This document shows positions 17,591 to 26,667 of a DNA stretch of 64,000 bases, piece by piece. Made by a program: the position numbers and the translations under genes. Numbering within the stretch: the stretch's first letter is position 1; the number at the start of each line of letters is the position of its first letter. The notes under the pieces were generated by a model that was not told the DNA's origin, made no database searches, and saw only the letters and a program-made list of their open reading frames with translations. The DNA is from Polaromonas sp. (GTDB taxonomy: Bacteria > Pseudomonadota > Gammaproteobacteria > Burkholderiales > Burkholderiaceae_C), in assembly GCA_031424935.1 (NCBI GenBank), contig JANPIK010000015.1, forward strand, positions 46,254 through 110,253, in the 5' to 3' direction.

Positions 17591-18337
17591 ATGGCCAACA
17601 TGCAACTTCAAAACATACTTTTTTCTCAGGGCTTTGGTACGCGGCGCGTCTGTGCCGGGCTGGTGCAACAGGGCCTGGTCGCAGTAGCCGGCACAGTGGT
17701 AGATGACCCCACAGCTGAATTTGCAGCAGTCGGCTTGTGTTTTAGTGTGCAGGGCGTTGACTGGCAGTATTTTGAAAAGGCCTACTTGATGCTGCACAAG
17801 CCATCAGGCTACGAATGCTCGCAAAAACCGAGCACTTACCCCAGCATTTACACCTTGCTACCGGCACCCATTCGCCAACGCGGCGGCGGTGCGGCGGCCG
17901 GTGTGCAGGCGGTAGGCCGGTTAGACCAAGACACCACCGGCCTGTTGCTGCTGTCAGACGACGGCAAGTTCATTCACCGCATGAGTTCGCCCAAACACCA
18001 CGTACCCAAGGTGTATGAGGTGACGGCCAAGCATGAGGTGGACGACAAGCAGGTCCAAAAGCTGCTGAGCGGCGTGGTACTGGACGATGACCCCAAACCC
18101 GTCAAGGCTGCAGCATGCGTGCAAACCGGGCCAAACCAACTGAGCCTGACGCTGACTGAGGGCAAATACCACCAGGTCAAACGCATGATTGCAGCTGTCG
18201 GCAACCGGGTCGAGGGTGCTGATGGCACGGGCGGATTGCACCGTTCGCGGATTGGCGCGCTCGCCATGCCAGATGATCTGAAAGCCGGGCAGTGGCGGTG
18301 GTTGACGGCTGGGGATTTGGCGGCGATTTCGGGTTGA
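17591..18337 (+). CDS. rsuA: RsuA-family pseudouridine synthase
   Basis: S4-like N-terminus LQNILFSQGFGTRRVCAGLVQQGLV. Catalytic motif GRLDQDTTGLLLLSDDG, plus EGKYHQVKRM. The track ORF start at 17444 overlaps the MATE gene; an ATG at 17591 or 17600 is more likely. Confidence 0.85.
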   Translation: MANMQLQNILFSQGFGTRRVCAGLVQQGLVAVAGTVVDDPTAEFAAVGLCFSVQGVDWQYFEKAYLMLHKPSGYECSQKPSTYPSIYTLLPAPIRQRGGGAAAGVQAVGRLDQDTTGLLLLSDDGKFIHRMSSPKHHVPKVYEVTAKHEVDDKQVQKLLSGVVLDDDPKPVKAAACVQTGPNQLSLTLTEGKYHQVKRMIAAVGNRVEGADGTGGLHRSRIGALAMPDDLKAGQWRWLTAGDLAAISG

Positions 18338-18538
18338 CGTACCGCATGTTGATTTCCCAACCTGGATGATTGACTTGCTTGAACGCGAAGCCAGCAAATT
18401 AGGGGTTACAAGGCAATCTGCCCAAGGTGCTGGGCCTTGTCAAAGTAACGCCCTGCGACTGCGTGGTAGGGCGTGTCGAACAGGTGATGGTCTAGCTGGC
18501 AGCAAAAACGACCCGAGTCCTATTTTGGCAAGCCACCA

Positions 18539-18595
18539 TTTGCTATTAATAAAATAGCATCTAGAACAGTTATTACGGGGGCTGGTGGCATAAAA
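18539..18595 (+). repeat. REP-like repeat, divergent/composite copy E
   Basis: ttgctattaataaaatagcatctagaacagttattacgggggctggtggcataaaaa. It carries the gctatt..aatagc palindrome plus the ttacggggg core seen in copy A. Confidence 0.5.
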
Positions 18596-18749
18596 AGACA
18601 GAAAAACAGAAAAAAGCGGTCTTTTAGGGCCTCATGGCAGCCAAACTTGCCTTATCAAGTGTCAAAATGCCAAAAAAAGTCTTTTCACCCATAAAAAGTG
18701 CCTGTGGCCCTTGAAAAAACTGTGAACAATGCTTCTTAAACCATAGCAA

Positions 18750-19526
18750 CTAGCTAACCTCGCTTAAAAAGCGAATAACGCTGTCAAGACAAAGCTGCGG
18801 CTGATCGCGGTGGGGAGAGTGCCCGCAGTCGGCCAGTCGGAGTTGTTGCGCATGTGGCGCGGCAGCTGCGATTTCGTCTAACTGGCGCATCGTGCCGTAT
18901 TCGTCGCTCAGCCCTTGCACCAGCAGCAGCGGGGCGGTGATGCTGCGGCATTCGGGGCGAATGTCGAAGCTGGCGAAGGCTTGAGACAGCCAAACGTCGT
19001 TCCATTGCCAGAAAGCGCCGTCTGGGTCTGCATGGTGTTTGGCCAGTCGTGCCCTCAGGTCGCCAGACACATACGCCTCCCTGGCCCGGCCAATCGCTTT
19101 GACGGCGACGCTTTCCACCACCACGTGCGGTGCCATGGCAATGCAGGCGGCTAGCGTGTGGCGGCTGGCGTAAAGCAAAGCAATCGTTGCCCCGTCTGAA
19201 TGGCCGATCAGGACGGGGTTTGGGATGGCCAGCTTTGCCAGCAAATCAGGCAGCACGTCCCAGGCTTCTTGGTGCAGATAGTCGGGCGGCAAGACGTCGC
19301 GTCCTAACTTGGAGCGGCTCGACCGGCCGTAGCCGCGCCGTGAATAAACCACCCCGGCGCGCCCGGTGGCCTGGCAAACGGCCAGCGGCCAGTCGATGCC
19401 GCGCTGCGTCCACAGGCTGACCGAGCCTAGGCCTTCGTGCAAAAAAATGAGGGGTGCCAGCGCGGCGGAGCCTTCAATTTGGCGTAATTCCAGCTCGATG
19501 CCTTGAATGTTCAAGCGTTGCATCAC
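18750..19526 (-). CDS. alpha/beta fold hydrolase
   Basis: Nucleophile elbow LIGHSDGATIAL, HEGLGS oxyanion region and C-terminal CGHSPH. 258 aa. Confidence 0.8.
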   Translation of the reverse strand: MMQRLNIQGIELELRQIEGSAALAPLIFLHEGLGSVSLWTQRGIDWPLAVCQATGRAGVVYSRRGYGRSSRSKLGRDVLPPDYLHQEAWDVLPDLLAKLAIPNPVLIGHSDGATIALLYASRHTLAACIAMAPHVVVESVAVKAIGRAREAYVSGDLRARLAKHHADPDGAFWQWNDVWLSQAFASFDIRPECRSITAPLLLVQGLSDEYGTMRQLDEIAAAAPHAQQLRLADCGHSPHRDQPQLCLDSVIRFLSEVS

Positions 19527-19571
19527 CCCATACTAAATCAACAGCCGCCTTCAAAGCGTTATTCTTACGCC

Positions 19572-20480
19572 ATGAGCAAAATCCTCAACTCTTTTTGGCG
19601 CGCGGCCATGTATTGCCTACATCCGCGTGTCATTGCGCTGTCGGTGCTGCCGCTGATCATCATGGCAGTGGTGTCGCTTGGCCTGGGTTACTTTTTTTGG
19701 GAAACGGCGGTGACGGCCGTACGTACTCAGCTGGAGAGCTTTGAAATGCTCGACGCCATGGTGCGGTGGCTGGAAACACTGGGTTTAAGCAACCTGCGCT
19801 TGGTACTGGCACCGGTGTTGCTGCTGTTTTTGGCTATACCGGTGATTGTGATTGTTTCGTTGCTGTTTGTGGCGTTTTTTATGACGCCTGCCATGGTCGC
19901 GCTGGTGGCCGAGCGGCGGTTTCCGGCACTTGAGCGCAAAAAAGGCGGCTCCACGCTGGCCAGCCTGGCTTGGTCTTTGGGCTCCACCGTGCTGGCTGCG
20001 GTTGCGTTGGTGTTATCTATACCGTTGTGGCTGGTACCGCCGTTGATATTGATTTTGCCGCCGCTGATTTGGGGTTGGCTGACTTACCGGGTCATGTCTT
20101 ATGACGCACTGGTTGACCACGCCAGCAGCGAGGAGCGCAGGCAGATATTTAAAGAACACCGCGGATCGCTGCTGAGTATTGGCATCGTCAGTGGCTACCT
20201 GGGCGCAGCACCGAGCGTGATTTGGGCGTCTGGGGCCATGTTTGTGGCGTTGGCACCGATCCTGGTGCCGGTAGCGATCTGGATTTACACGTTGGTGTTT
20301 GCCTTTTCTTCGCTCTGGTTTGCGCACTTCACGCTAGAAGCCCTAGAGCAGTTGCGCAAGAAAAACAGTGCTGTGGACCAAAAAACGCATGAGAGTGCAG
20401 CTCCTGATTTAATAGCAAATAAACCCCTGATAGCTAGCGCCACCGTGATCGACCTACCCGCGCCGGGTGCGCAACCTTAA
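19572..20480 (+). CDS. EI24/CysZ-like (DUF540-type) integral membrane protein
   Basis: MSKILNSFWRAAMYCLHPRVIALSVLPLIIMAVV.. with about 6 TM helices. The family call is from memory of EI24-domain proteins. Confidence 0.5.
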   Translation: MSKILNSFWRAAMYCLHPRVIALSVLPLIIMAVVSLGLGYFFWETAVTAVRTQLESFEMLDAMVRWLETLGLSNLRLVLAPVLLLFLAIPVIVIVSLLFVAFFMTPAMVALVAERRFPALERKKGGSTLASLAWSLGSTVLAAVALVLSIPLWLVPPLILILPPLIWGWLTYRVMSYDALVDHASSEERRQIFKEHRGSLLSIGIVSGYLGAAPSVIWASGAMFVALAPILVPVAIWIYTLVFAFSSLWFAHFTLEALEQLRKKNSAVDQKTHESAAPDLIANKPLIASATVIDLPAPGAQP

Positions 20481-20499
20481 ATTTATTCATACGTTTGAC

Positions 20500-21510
20500 A
20501 TGACCACGAACTTTGCAATCATCATCATCGGCGACGAAATCCTGTCCGGCAAACGCGCTGACAAACACTTGCCCAAAGCCATTGAATTGCTGGGCGAGCG
20601 CGGCTTGCAACTGGCTTATGCCGATTACGTGGGCGACGACAAAACTCGCATCACAGCGACGTTGACGCGGGCTTTTGCAGCGGCTCGCGACGCGGGTGAT
20701 GTGGTGTTTTCTTTCGGCGGTATTGGGGCCACGCCCGACGACCACACCCGCCAGTGCGCCGGCGCTGCTTTAGGCGTGGAGCTGGCGCTGCACCCCGAGG
20801 CCAAAGCGCTGATCACCGAGCGCATGAAGGACACTGCCAAAGAGCAGGGCGTGCCGTTTGATGCAGATCGGCACGACAACATTCACCGGCTCAACATGGG
20901 CATGTTCCCGGTAGGCTGCGACATTATTCCCAATCCGTACAACAAAATCCCCGGCTTCAGTTGCTATGTTGAGCGAGACGTTTCTCCAGCCAAGCAGGGG
21001 CCGCGGGACTGGCTTCGCCAGACCGCAGGCGCAGCGGCCCCCTCGGGGCTGGAGCCTGCGGCTCCGAACCTGCTTGAGCAGGTTTGGACAGGCGATAGAA
21101 GCGAAGCCTCTGGCGAGCGGCGGCCTGCAAGGTGCAGTGACCCACACGAAGTGGGGGAGCGTGGGGGCATACACTTCCTCCCCGGTTTTCCCGTCATGGC
21201 CTGGCCAATGTTGGCATGGGTTTTAGACACGATTTACCCACATTTGCACCAAAAGTCAGCCTACATTGAAAAGTCGGTCATCGTGTCTGGCTCGATGGAG
21301 GCAACCCTGACGCCGCTGATGGAGGCGATTGAAGCTGAATATGCAGGCGTGAAAGTTTTCAGTTTGCCAAGTGTTGACCACCCCACCTATGGCCGTCACA
21401 TCGAGTTGGGGGTGAAAGGAGCGCCTGACGTGATTGAGCGCGCCTACCCGGCACTGCTGGCGGGGCTGGTGCCGTTCAATGTCACACTTGGCCCTGAATT
21501 GGTGCGTTAA
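20500..21510 (+). CDS. CinA N-terminal-like / MoCF-biosynthesis (MoaB/MogA-fold) domain protein carrying an in-frame about 68-codon insertion
   Basis: MTTNFAIIIIGDEILSGKRADKHL..., FSFGGIGATPDDHTRQ, HRLNMGMFP, NPYNKIPGFSC, then a low-complexity block, then IHFLPGFPVMAWPM...KVFSLPSVDHP. Confidence 0.75.
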   Translation: MTTNFAIIIIGDEILSGKRADKHLPKAIELLGERGLQLAYADYVGDDKTRITATLTRAFAAARDAGDVVFSFGGIGATPDDHTRQCAGAALGVELALHPEAKALITERMKDTAKEQGVPFDADRHDNIHRLNMGMFPVGCDIIPNPYNKIPGFSCYVERDVSPAKQGPRDWLRQTAGAAAPSGLEPAAPNLLEQVWTGDRSEASGERRPARCSDPHEVGERGGIHFLPGFPVMAWPMLAWVLDTIYPHLHQKSAYIEKSVIVSGSMEATLTPLMEAIEAEYAGVKVFSLPSVDHPTYGRHIELGVKGAPDVIERAYPALLAGLVPFNVTLGPELVR

Positions 21511-21513
21511 ATG

Positions 21514-21530
21514 TGCACTAATATAGTGCA
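21514..21530. promoter_or_regulatory. NtrC enhancer (UAS) site upstream of glnA
   Basis: TGCACTAATATAGTGCA matches the dyad TGCACC-N5-GGTGCA consensus in 5+5 core positions. A half-site-like TGCACATAATCGGGCA follows at 21541-21556. Confidence 0.65.
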
Positions 21531-21658
21531 AATTATTGGATGCACATAATCGGGCAAAACGCAGAACTTTATGCCTTTTAAAGCTGATCATGGGGCTGCG
21601 GGTGTTAGTTTTGGCGGCACAATCAAGCGTGTTCTTTGAGTCAGGCGCGCATTCGGTT

Positions 21659-21674
21659 TGGCACAAAAAGTGCA
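21659..21674 (+). promoter_or_regulatory. sigma-54 (-24/-12) promoter of glnA
   Basis: TGGCACaaaaaGTGCA has GG and GC at the canonical 10-nt spacing (consensus TGGCAC-N5-TTGCW). It lies about 60 nt upstream of the glnA ATG. Confidence 0.7.
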
Positions 21675-21734
21675 TTCAGTCGTACCTGAAAATATTTCTA
21701 CAACCCTTCACAAACCTAATTACTGGAGATTTTG

Positions 21735-23150
21735 ATGGCAAAGACCGTCGCAGACGTCATGAAAATGGTCAAGGAAAACGAAGTCAAGTTTGTTGACTTC
21801 CGTTTTACCGACACCCGTGGCAAAGAGCAGCACGTCACGGTGCCTGTCTCTCATTTTGACGAAGACAAGTTCGCGTCGGGTCATGCATTTGATGGCTCAT
21901 CCATCGCTGGCTGGAAGGGTATTGAGGCATCGGACATGTTGCTCATGCCGGACGCCAATACGGCCAATCTGGATCCGTTTTTTGAAGAAACCACACTGCT
22001 CCTGAGCTGTGATGTTCTGGACCCCACGGACGGCAAAGCCTACGACCGTGACCCACGCTCAATTGCCAAACGCGCTGAAGCGTACCTAAAAGCGTCTGGA
22101 CTGGGCGATACCGCCTACTTTGGCCCAGAGCCAGAATTTTTTATCTTTGACGACGTGCGTTATCACACCGACGCCTCAGGTACTTTCTTCAAGATCGACG
22201 AATACGAAGCACCGTGGAATTCAGGCAAAAAACTGGAAGGTGGCAACCGTGGCCATCGCCCAACGGTTAAGGGTGGCTATTTCCCAGTGCCACCAGTCGA
22301 CAGCACGCAAGACATGCGCGCTGAGATGTCTTTGGTACTTGAATCTCTGGGCATTCCCGTCGAAGTCTTCCACCACGAAGTCGCAGGCGCGGGGCAAAAC
22401 GAAATCGGTACCAAGTTCAGCACGCTGGTGCAGCGCGCCGACTGGACGCAACTGCTGAAATACACCGTGCATAACGTGGCCAATGCTTACGGCAAAACCG
22501 CGACATTCATGCCAAAACCTATTGTGGGCGACAACGGCAGCGGCATGCACGTGCACCAGTCGATCTGGAAAGACGGCAAAAACCTGTTCGCTGGCGACGG
22601 CTATGCGGGCTTGTCAGACTTTGCGCTGTACTACATTGGCGGCATCATCAAGCACGCACGCGCGCTAAACGCCATCACCAACCCCGGCACCAACAGCTAC
22701 AAGCGCTTGGTCCCTGGTTTTGAGGCGCCGGTCAAGCTGGCTTATTCGGCTAAGAACCGCTCTGCGTCGATTCGCATTCCTTATGTCGCCAACCCGAAAG
22801 GTCGCCGCATTGAAGCGCGCTTCCCAGATCCACTGATGAACCCGTACCTCGGTTTTGCGGCGTTGATGATGGCAGGCCTGGACGGCGTTGAGAACAAAAT
22901 CCACCCGGGCGAAGCCGCCACGAAGGATTTGTACCATCTGCCGCCAGAAGAAGACGCAAAAATCCCAACCGTTTGCCACAGCCTGGACCAAGCACTTGAC
23001 TGCCTGGACGTTGGCCGCGGCTTTTTGACCAAAGGCGGCGTGTTTACCGACTCGATGATTGACGCTTACATTGAATTAAAAATGGGCGAGGTTACCCGGT
23101 TGCGCATGGCGACTCACCCGATTGAATTCGACATGTACTATTCGCTGTAG
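21735..23150 (+). CDS. glnA: glutamine synthetase, type I
   Basis: [26 protein letters not shown]..., the adenylylation-loop region NLYDLPPEE-like (DLYHLPPEE) and the full-length GSI layout. GGAGA Shine-Dalgarno at 21725-21729. Confidence 0.97.
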   Translation: MAKTVADVMKMVKENEVKFVDFRFTDTRGKEQHVTVPVSHFDEDKFASGHAFDGSSIAGWKGIEASDMLLMPDANTANLDPFFEETTLLLSCDVLDPTDGKAYDRDPRSIAKRAEAYLKASGLGDTAYFGPEPEFFIFDDVRYHTDASGTFFKIDEYEAPWNSGKKLEGGNRGHRPTVKGGYFPVPPVDSTQDMRAEMSLVLESLGIPVEVFHHEVAGAGQNEIGTKFSTLVQRADWTQLLKYTVHNVANAYGKTATFMPKPIVGDNGSGMHVHQSIWKDGKNLFAGDGYAGLSDFALYYIGGIIKHARALNAITNPGTNSYKRLVPGFEAPVKLAYSAKNRSASIRIPYVANPKGRRIEARFPDPLMNPYLGFAALMMAGLDGVENKIHPGEAATKDLYHLPPEEDAKIPTVCHSLDQALDCLDVGRGFLTKGGVFTDSMIDAYIELKMGEVTRLRMATHPIEFDMYYSL

Positions 23151-23176
23151 GCGGCGTACAAACCGCTTGTGTGGTG

Positions 23177-23207
23177 AAAAAAGGACGGCCTGAGCCGTCC
23201 TTTTTTT
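23177..23207 (+). terminator. rho-independent terminator after glnA
   Basis: ggacggc-ctga-gccgtcc stem-loop (23183-23200) followed by T7. Confidence 0.85.
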
Positions 23208-23304
23208 GTTGCAGCTTGGGGTTATGGTCAGATAACTTGGCATTTTCATGTGTTTGCCGCATACTGACAAACCGTCCAAAGCCAAATGGCAACTGGAGTT
23301 ATTT

Positions 23305-23817
23305 ATGTCGCACAACTTATTCATTTCGTCTTTTAGCCTTTTTTTGGGCTTGGCCTGCGGCTCAGCATCAGCGGACGTGTACCGCTGCCTGAGCACAGAC
23401 GGCAAAAGCACCGAATACATCAACAATGTCAAAGACGCGCAAACGCGCGGCTGCAAAACAATGGTGGGCGGTAACGTAACAGTGGTGCAGGGCACGCCGG
23501 TACAGCGAACGCCTGCCGTGCGCGTTGCCTCTGCAGGCCCAGCTCCGGGTAACCGCACTGACGGCAGCCCGGATCAGAAAGCGCGCGACTCTGACTCGCG
23601 CAGCATCCTGGAGTCAGAACTCAAAAAAGCCGAGGCTAGACTGGCTGAGCAGCAAAAGGAATTTAACAACGGTGAACCAGAAAAGCAGGGGATAGAAGGG
23701 CGCAACTACCAGCGTTACCTTGACCGTGTGACGGACCTGAAAGACGGCATTGCCCGTAACCAAAGCGATATTGCCGGGCTAAAACGGGAAATATCACGTT
23801 TGCCTAACAGCAATTAG
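23305..23817 (+). CDS. DUF4124-like secreted protein with C-terminal coiled coil
   Basis: Signal peptide LFISSFSLFLGLACGSASA followed by DVYRCLSTDGKSTEY (DUF4124-type N-terminus). K/E/Q-rich helical tail. Confidence 0.6.
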   Translation: MSHNLFISSFSLFLGLACGSASADVYRCLSTDGKSTEYINNVKDAQTRGCKTMVGGNVTVVQGTPVQRTPAVRVASAGPAPGNRTDGSPDQKARDSDSRSILESELKKAEARLAEQQKEFNNGEPEKQGIEGRNYQRYLDRVTDLKDGIARNQSDIAGLKREISRLPNSN

Positions 23818-23861
23818 CCTGCCGTTGTTGCCGACAACACACTCTCAGCCAAAATAGCGGC

Positions 23862-24956
23862 TTGAAAAAAAATACCACGATCCAGTCGACATCGGCCATT
23901 GAGGCAAAGCAGCCTCGCTTCCAAGCTTTTGACCTGCTGGCAACGCTGGTCGCCGTCGTGCGCACCAACGGCATGGTGGTCTTTGCCAATGCTGCGTTAG
24001 AAGACGCCCTTGGCATGTCGCGCCGCACCATTGAAGGCTCACTGCTGCCCGATTGCTTTACCGAGCCGCATATTCTGCAGAACGCATTAGAAGGTGCGGG
24101 CAGCAATGAATTTGCTGCGCTGCGCTATGACGCTTGGCTCAAGCGTTTAGGCCATGACCCCATGCCAGTCCACGTGGTGGTCGCCCAAACCGATATTGAG
24201 GGTGAAGCCATCATCGAGCTGCTTCCTTTGGAGCAACAGGCCAAGCAAGACCGGGAGGAGCGCTTGATGGACCAGGCTCAGGCCACCAAAGAGCTGATTC
24301 GTAACTTGGCGCATGAGATCAAAAACCCGCTAGGTGGCATTCGCGGTGCAGCCCAGTTGCTGCAAATGGACATCGATAAATCGCTGACCGAATATACCCA
24401 GGTCATCATTCATGAAGCAGACCGGCTGCAGTCACTGGTTGACCGCTTGCTGGCACCACACCGCAGGCCGCATCTGGTGGGCGATGTGAACATTCATGAA
24501 GTGTGTGAACGGGTCAGGTCGCTGATATTGGCCGAGTTCCCCAAAGGTCTGCGCTTTAGCCGTGATTACGACATTTCGATTCCTGATTTTCGTGGCGACC
24601 GAGAGCAACTGATTCAGGCGGTGATCAACATCGCCCACAATGCCGCCCAGGCCTTGAATGAACGCATTGCAGCCGGCGATGCGCACATCACTTTCAAGAC
24701 CCGAATCGCCCGGCAGGTCACGTTTGGCAAGCAGCGTTACCGCTTGGCATTGGAATTGCATGTCATAGACAACGGACCGGGCGTGCCGGACTCATTGAAA
24801 GATCGAATCTTCTACCCGCTGATATCGGGCCGAGAAGGCGGTTCAGGGCTGGGGCTGACATTGGCGCAAACTTTTGTGCAGCAACATCACGGTTTGATTG
24901 AGTGCGACAGTGTGCCGGGGCGAACAGATTTCAAGTTGCTGATTCCACTGCCTTAG
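23862..24956 (+). CDS. glnL: nitrogen regulation sensor histidine kinase NtrB
   Basis: PAS-like N-terminus, H-box LAHEIKNPLGGIRGAAQLL, N-box NIAHNAAQAL, G-boxes DNGPGVP and GGSGLGLTLAQ. TTG start inferred. Confidence 0.93.
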   Translation: MKKNTTIQSTSAIEAKQPRFQAFDLLATLVAVVRTNGMVVFANAALEDALGMSRRTIEGSLLPDCFTEPHILQNALEGAGSNEFAALRYDAWLKRLGHDPMPVHVVVAQTDIEGEAIIELLPLEQQAKQDREERLMDQAQATKELIRNLAHEIKNPLGGIRGAAQLLQMDIDKSLTEYTQVIIHEADRLQSLVDRLLAPHRRPHLVGDVNIHEVCERVRSLILAEFPKGLRFSRDYDISIPDFRGDREQLIQAVINIAHNAAQALNERIAAGDAHITFKTRIARQVTFGKQRYRLALELHVIDNGPGVPDSLKDRIFYPLISGREGGSGLGLTLAQTFVQQHHGLIECDSVPGRTDFKLLIPLP

Positions 24957-25039
24957 CGGGTTTGAGTCCTCGTCTTGAGATATGTCGCCAGGTGTAATTT
25001 CTGACAATTATTTCGGGACAACCCCAGGGACACACGCAC

Positions 25040-26599
25040 ATGAAACCCATCTGGATTGTTGATGATGACCAGTCGATTCGGTTCGTACTGGAAAAAGCCT
25101 TGCTGCGCGAGGACCTGCCGACCCGCAGTTTTACCAACCCGCGTGAGGTTTTGGCTGCATTGAGCGAGTTGAATGGCGCAACCGACGACGAAGGCCCTCA
25201 AATTTTGGTGAGTGACATCCGCATGCCCGGTGGTTCTGGCCTGGACCTGCTGGAAAAAGTCAAACAAAAACTTCCTGGCTTACCCGTCATCATCATGACG
25301 GCGTTTTCTGACCTGGACAGTGCCGTGTCGGCTTTTCAGGGCGGCGCGTTTGAGTATTTGCCTAAACCGTTTGACCTGCCAAAAGCAGTGGAGTTGATAC
25401 GCCGCGCTGTCGAGGAAAGCCAGCGAGAAGAGGTTGCCGAAGAGCGCATGGCCGCTGCACCTGAGATGCTGGGCCAGGCACCCGCCATGCAAGATGTGTT
25501 CAGAGCCATTGGCCGCTTGAGCCAGAGTAATGTCACGGTCATGATCACCGGTGAATCTGGCTCAGGCAAAGAACTGGTAGCCAAAGCGCTACACAAGCAC
25601 TCCAGCCGAGCAAACGGGCCATTCATTGCTATTAATACTGCAGCAATTCCTAAAGATCTGCTCGAAAGCGAGCTGTTTGGTCACGAGCGTGGCGCCTTCA
25701 CTGGCGCGCAAACCATGCGCCGAGGACGCTTTGAACAAGCCGAAGGCGGCACGTTGTTTTTAGATGAGATTGGCGATATGCCGTTTGACTTGCAAACCCG
25801 CTTGTTGCGGGTGCTAAGTGATGGGCACTTTTACCGTGTCGGCGGGCATAACGCGATCAAGGCCAATCCGCGTGTGATAGCGGCGACCCATCAAGACCTC
25901 GAGCAGCGGGTCAAGGAGGGCTTTTTTCGAGAGGACTTGTACCACCGCTTAAATGTCATCCGCCTGCGCTTGCCCGCACTGCGTGAGCGGCGTGAGGACG
26001 TTTTTGCGTTGACTCGGCACTTCTTGCAGCAAAGCGCCAAACAACTGGGCGTTGAGCCAAAACGTATTTCGGACGCCGCCTTGCAGCAACTCAGTAAATT
26101 TGGGTTTCCTGGCAATGTGCGCCAGCTTGAGAACATTTGCCACTGGCTGACAGTGATGGCTCCCGCGCAAGTGATTGAATCTAAAGACTTGCCACCCGAA
26201 GTGCAGGGCACCTTGCAGGAACTGGCTAAAACCGTGCCGTCACCTGAAGCGGTTCCGGTACCTCAAGTGCCCCCGCACGTCTCGGGCGCAGAACGGCATT
26301 CGCCAGAGCCAGCGCCAGCGCCGGAGCCATTTAAAACCGCTGCAGTCCCAGAAAGCATTTCAATCGGGCATAAATCTGCCCCCAACAGCTGGGAAGCAGA
26401 TCTCGAGATCGAGGCCCAAGCCCTGCTTGCTACCGGCAGCACCGACGTATGGGACGTGCTGAGCCGACGATTTGAGTCAAAACTGATTCAAACTGCCCTG
26501 CAAGCCACCCGTGGCCGACGCATTGAAGCGGCACAAAAGCTTGGCATTGGCCGCAATACGATCACACGTAAGATTCAAGAGCTGAATCTGGAAGAATAA
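25040..26599 (+). CDS. glnG: nitrogen assimilation response regulator NtrC (sigma-54 activator)
   Basis: Receiver domain (IWIVDDD, SDIRMPG), AAA+ domain with [29 protein letters not shown], and Fis-type [22 protein letters not shown]. Long Pro-rich linker. Confidence 0.96.
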   Translation: MKPIWIVDDDQSIRFVLEKALLREDLPTRSFTNPREVLAALSELNGATDDEGPQILVSDIRMPGGSGLDLLEKVKQKLPGLPVIIMTAFSDLDSAVSAFQGGAFEYLPKPFDLPKAVELIRRAVEESQREEVAEERMAAAPEMLGQAPAMQDVFRAIGRLSQSNVTVMITGESGSGKELVAKALHKHSSRANGPFIAINTAAIPKDLLESELFGHERGAFTGAQTMRRGRFEQAEGGTLFLDEIGDMPFDLQTRLLRVLSDGHFYRVGGHNAIKANPRVIAATHQDLEQRVKEGFFREDLYHRLNVIRLRLPALRERREDVFALTRHFLQQSAKQLGVEPKRISDAALQQLSKFGFPGNVRQLENICHWLTVMAPAQVIESKDLPPEVQGTLQELAKTVPSPEAVPVPQVPPHVSGAERHSPEPAPAPEPFKTAAVPESISIGHKSAPNSWEADLEIEAQALLATGSTDVWDVLSRRFESKLIQTALQATRGRRIEAAQKLGIGRNTITRKIQELNLEE

Positions 26600-26667
26600 A
26601 AAACCTCACGCACGCATTGACGGGTGTGTAAGGTGTGGATTCATTGGCAACAAATGGGTGGGCGGTG

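Noticed and set aside
18366-18557. A 63-aa ORF (MIDLLEREASKLGVTRQS...) as a live ribbon-helix-helix antitoxin gene.
   Set aside because: Only the first about 18 residues look RHH-like. The rest is Arg/Gly/Cys-rich nonsense that runs into a REP-like element, and there is no partner toxin. It is treated only as a possible remnant inside the long intergenic finding.
23238-23262. A TGGCAT...TTGC sequence upstream of the DUF4124 gene that looked like a second sigma-54 promoter.
   Set aside because: The GG and GC elements are about 17 nt apart instead of the required 10-nt spacing, so it does not fit a -24/-12 promoter.
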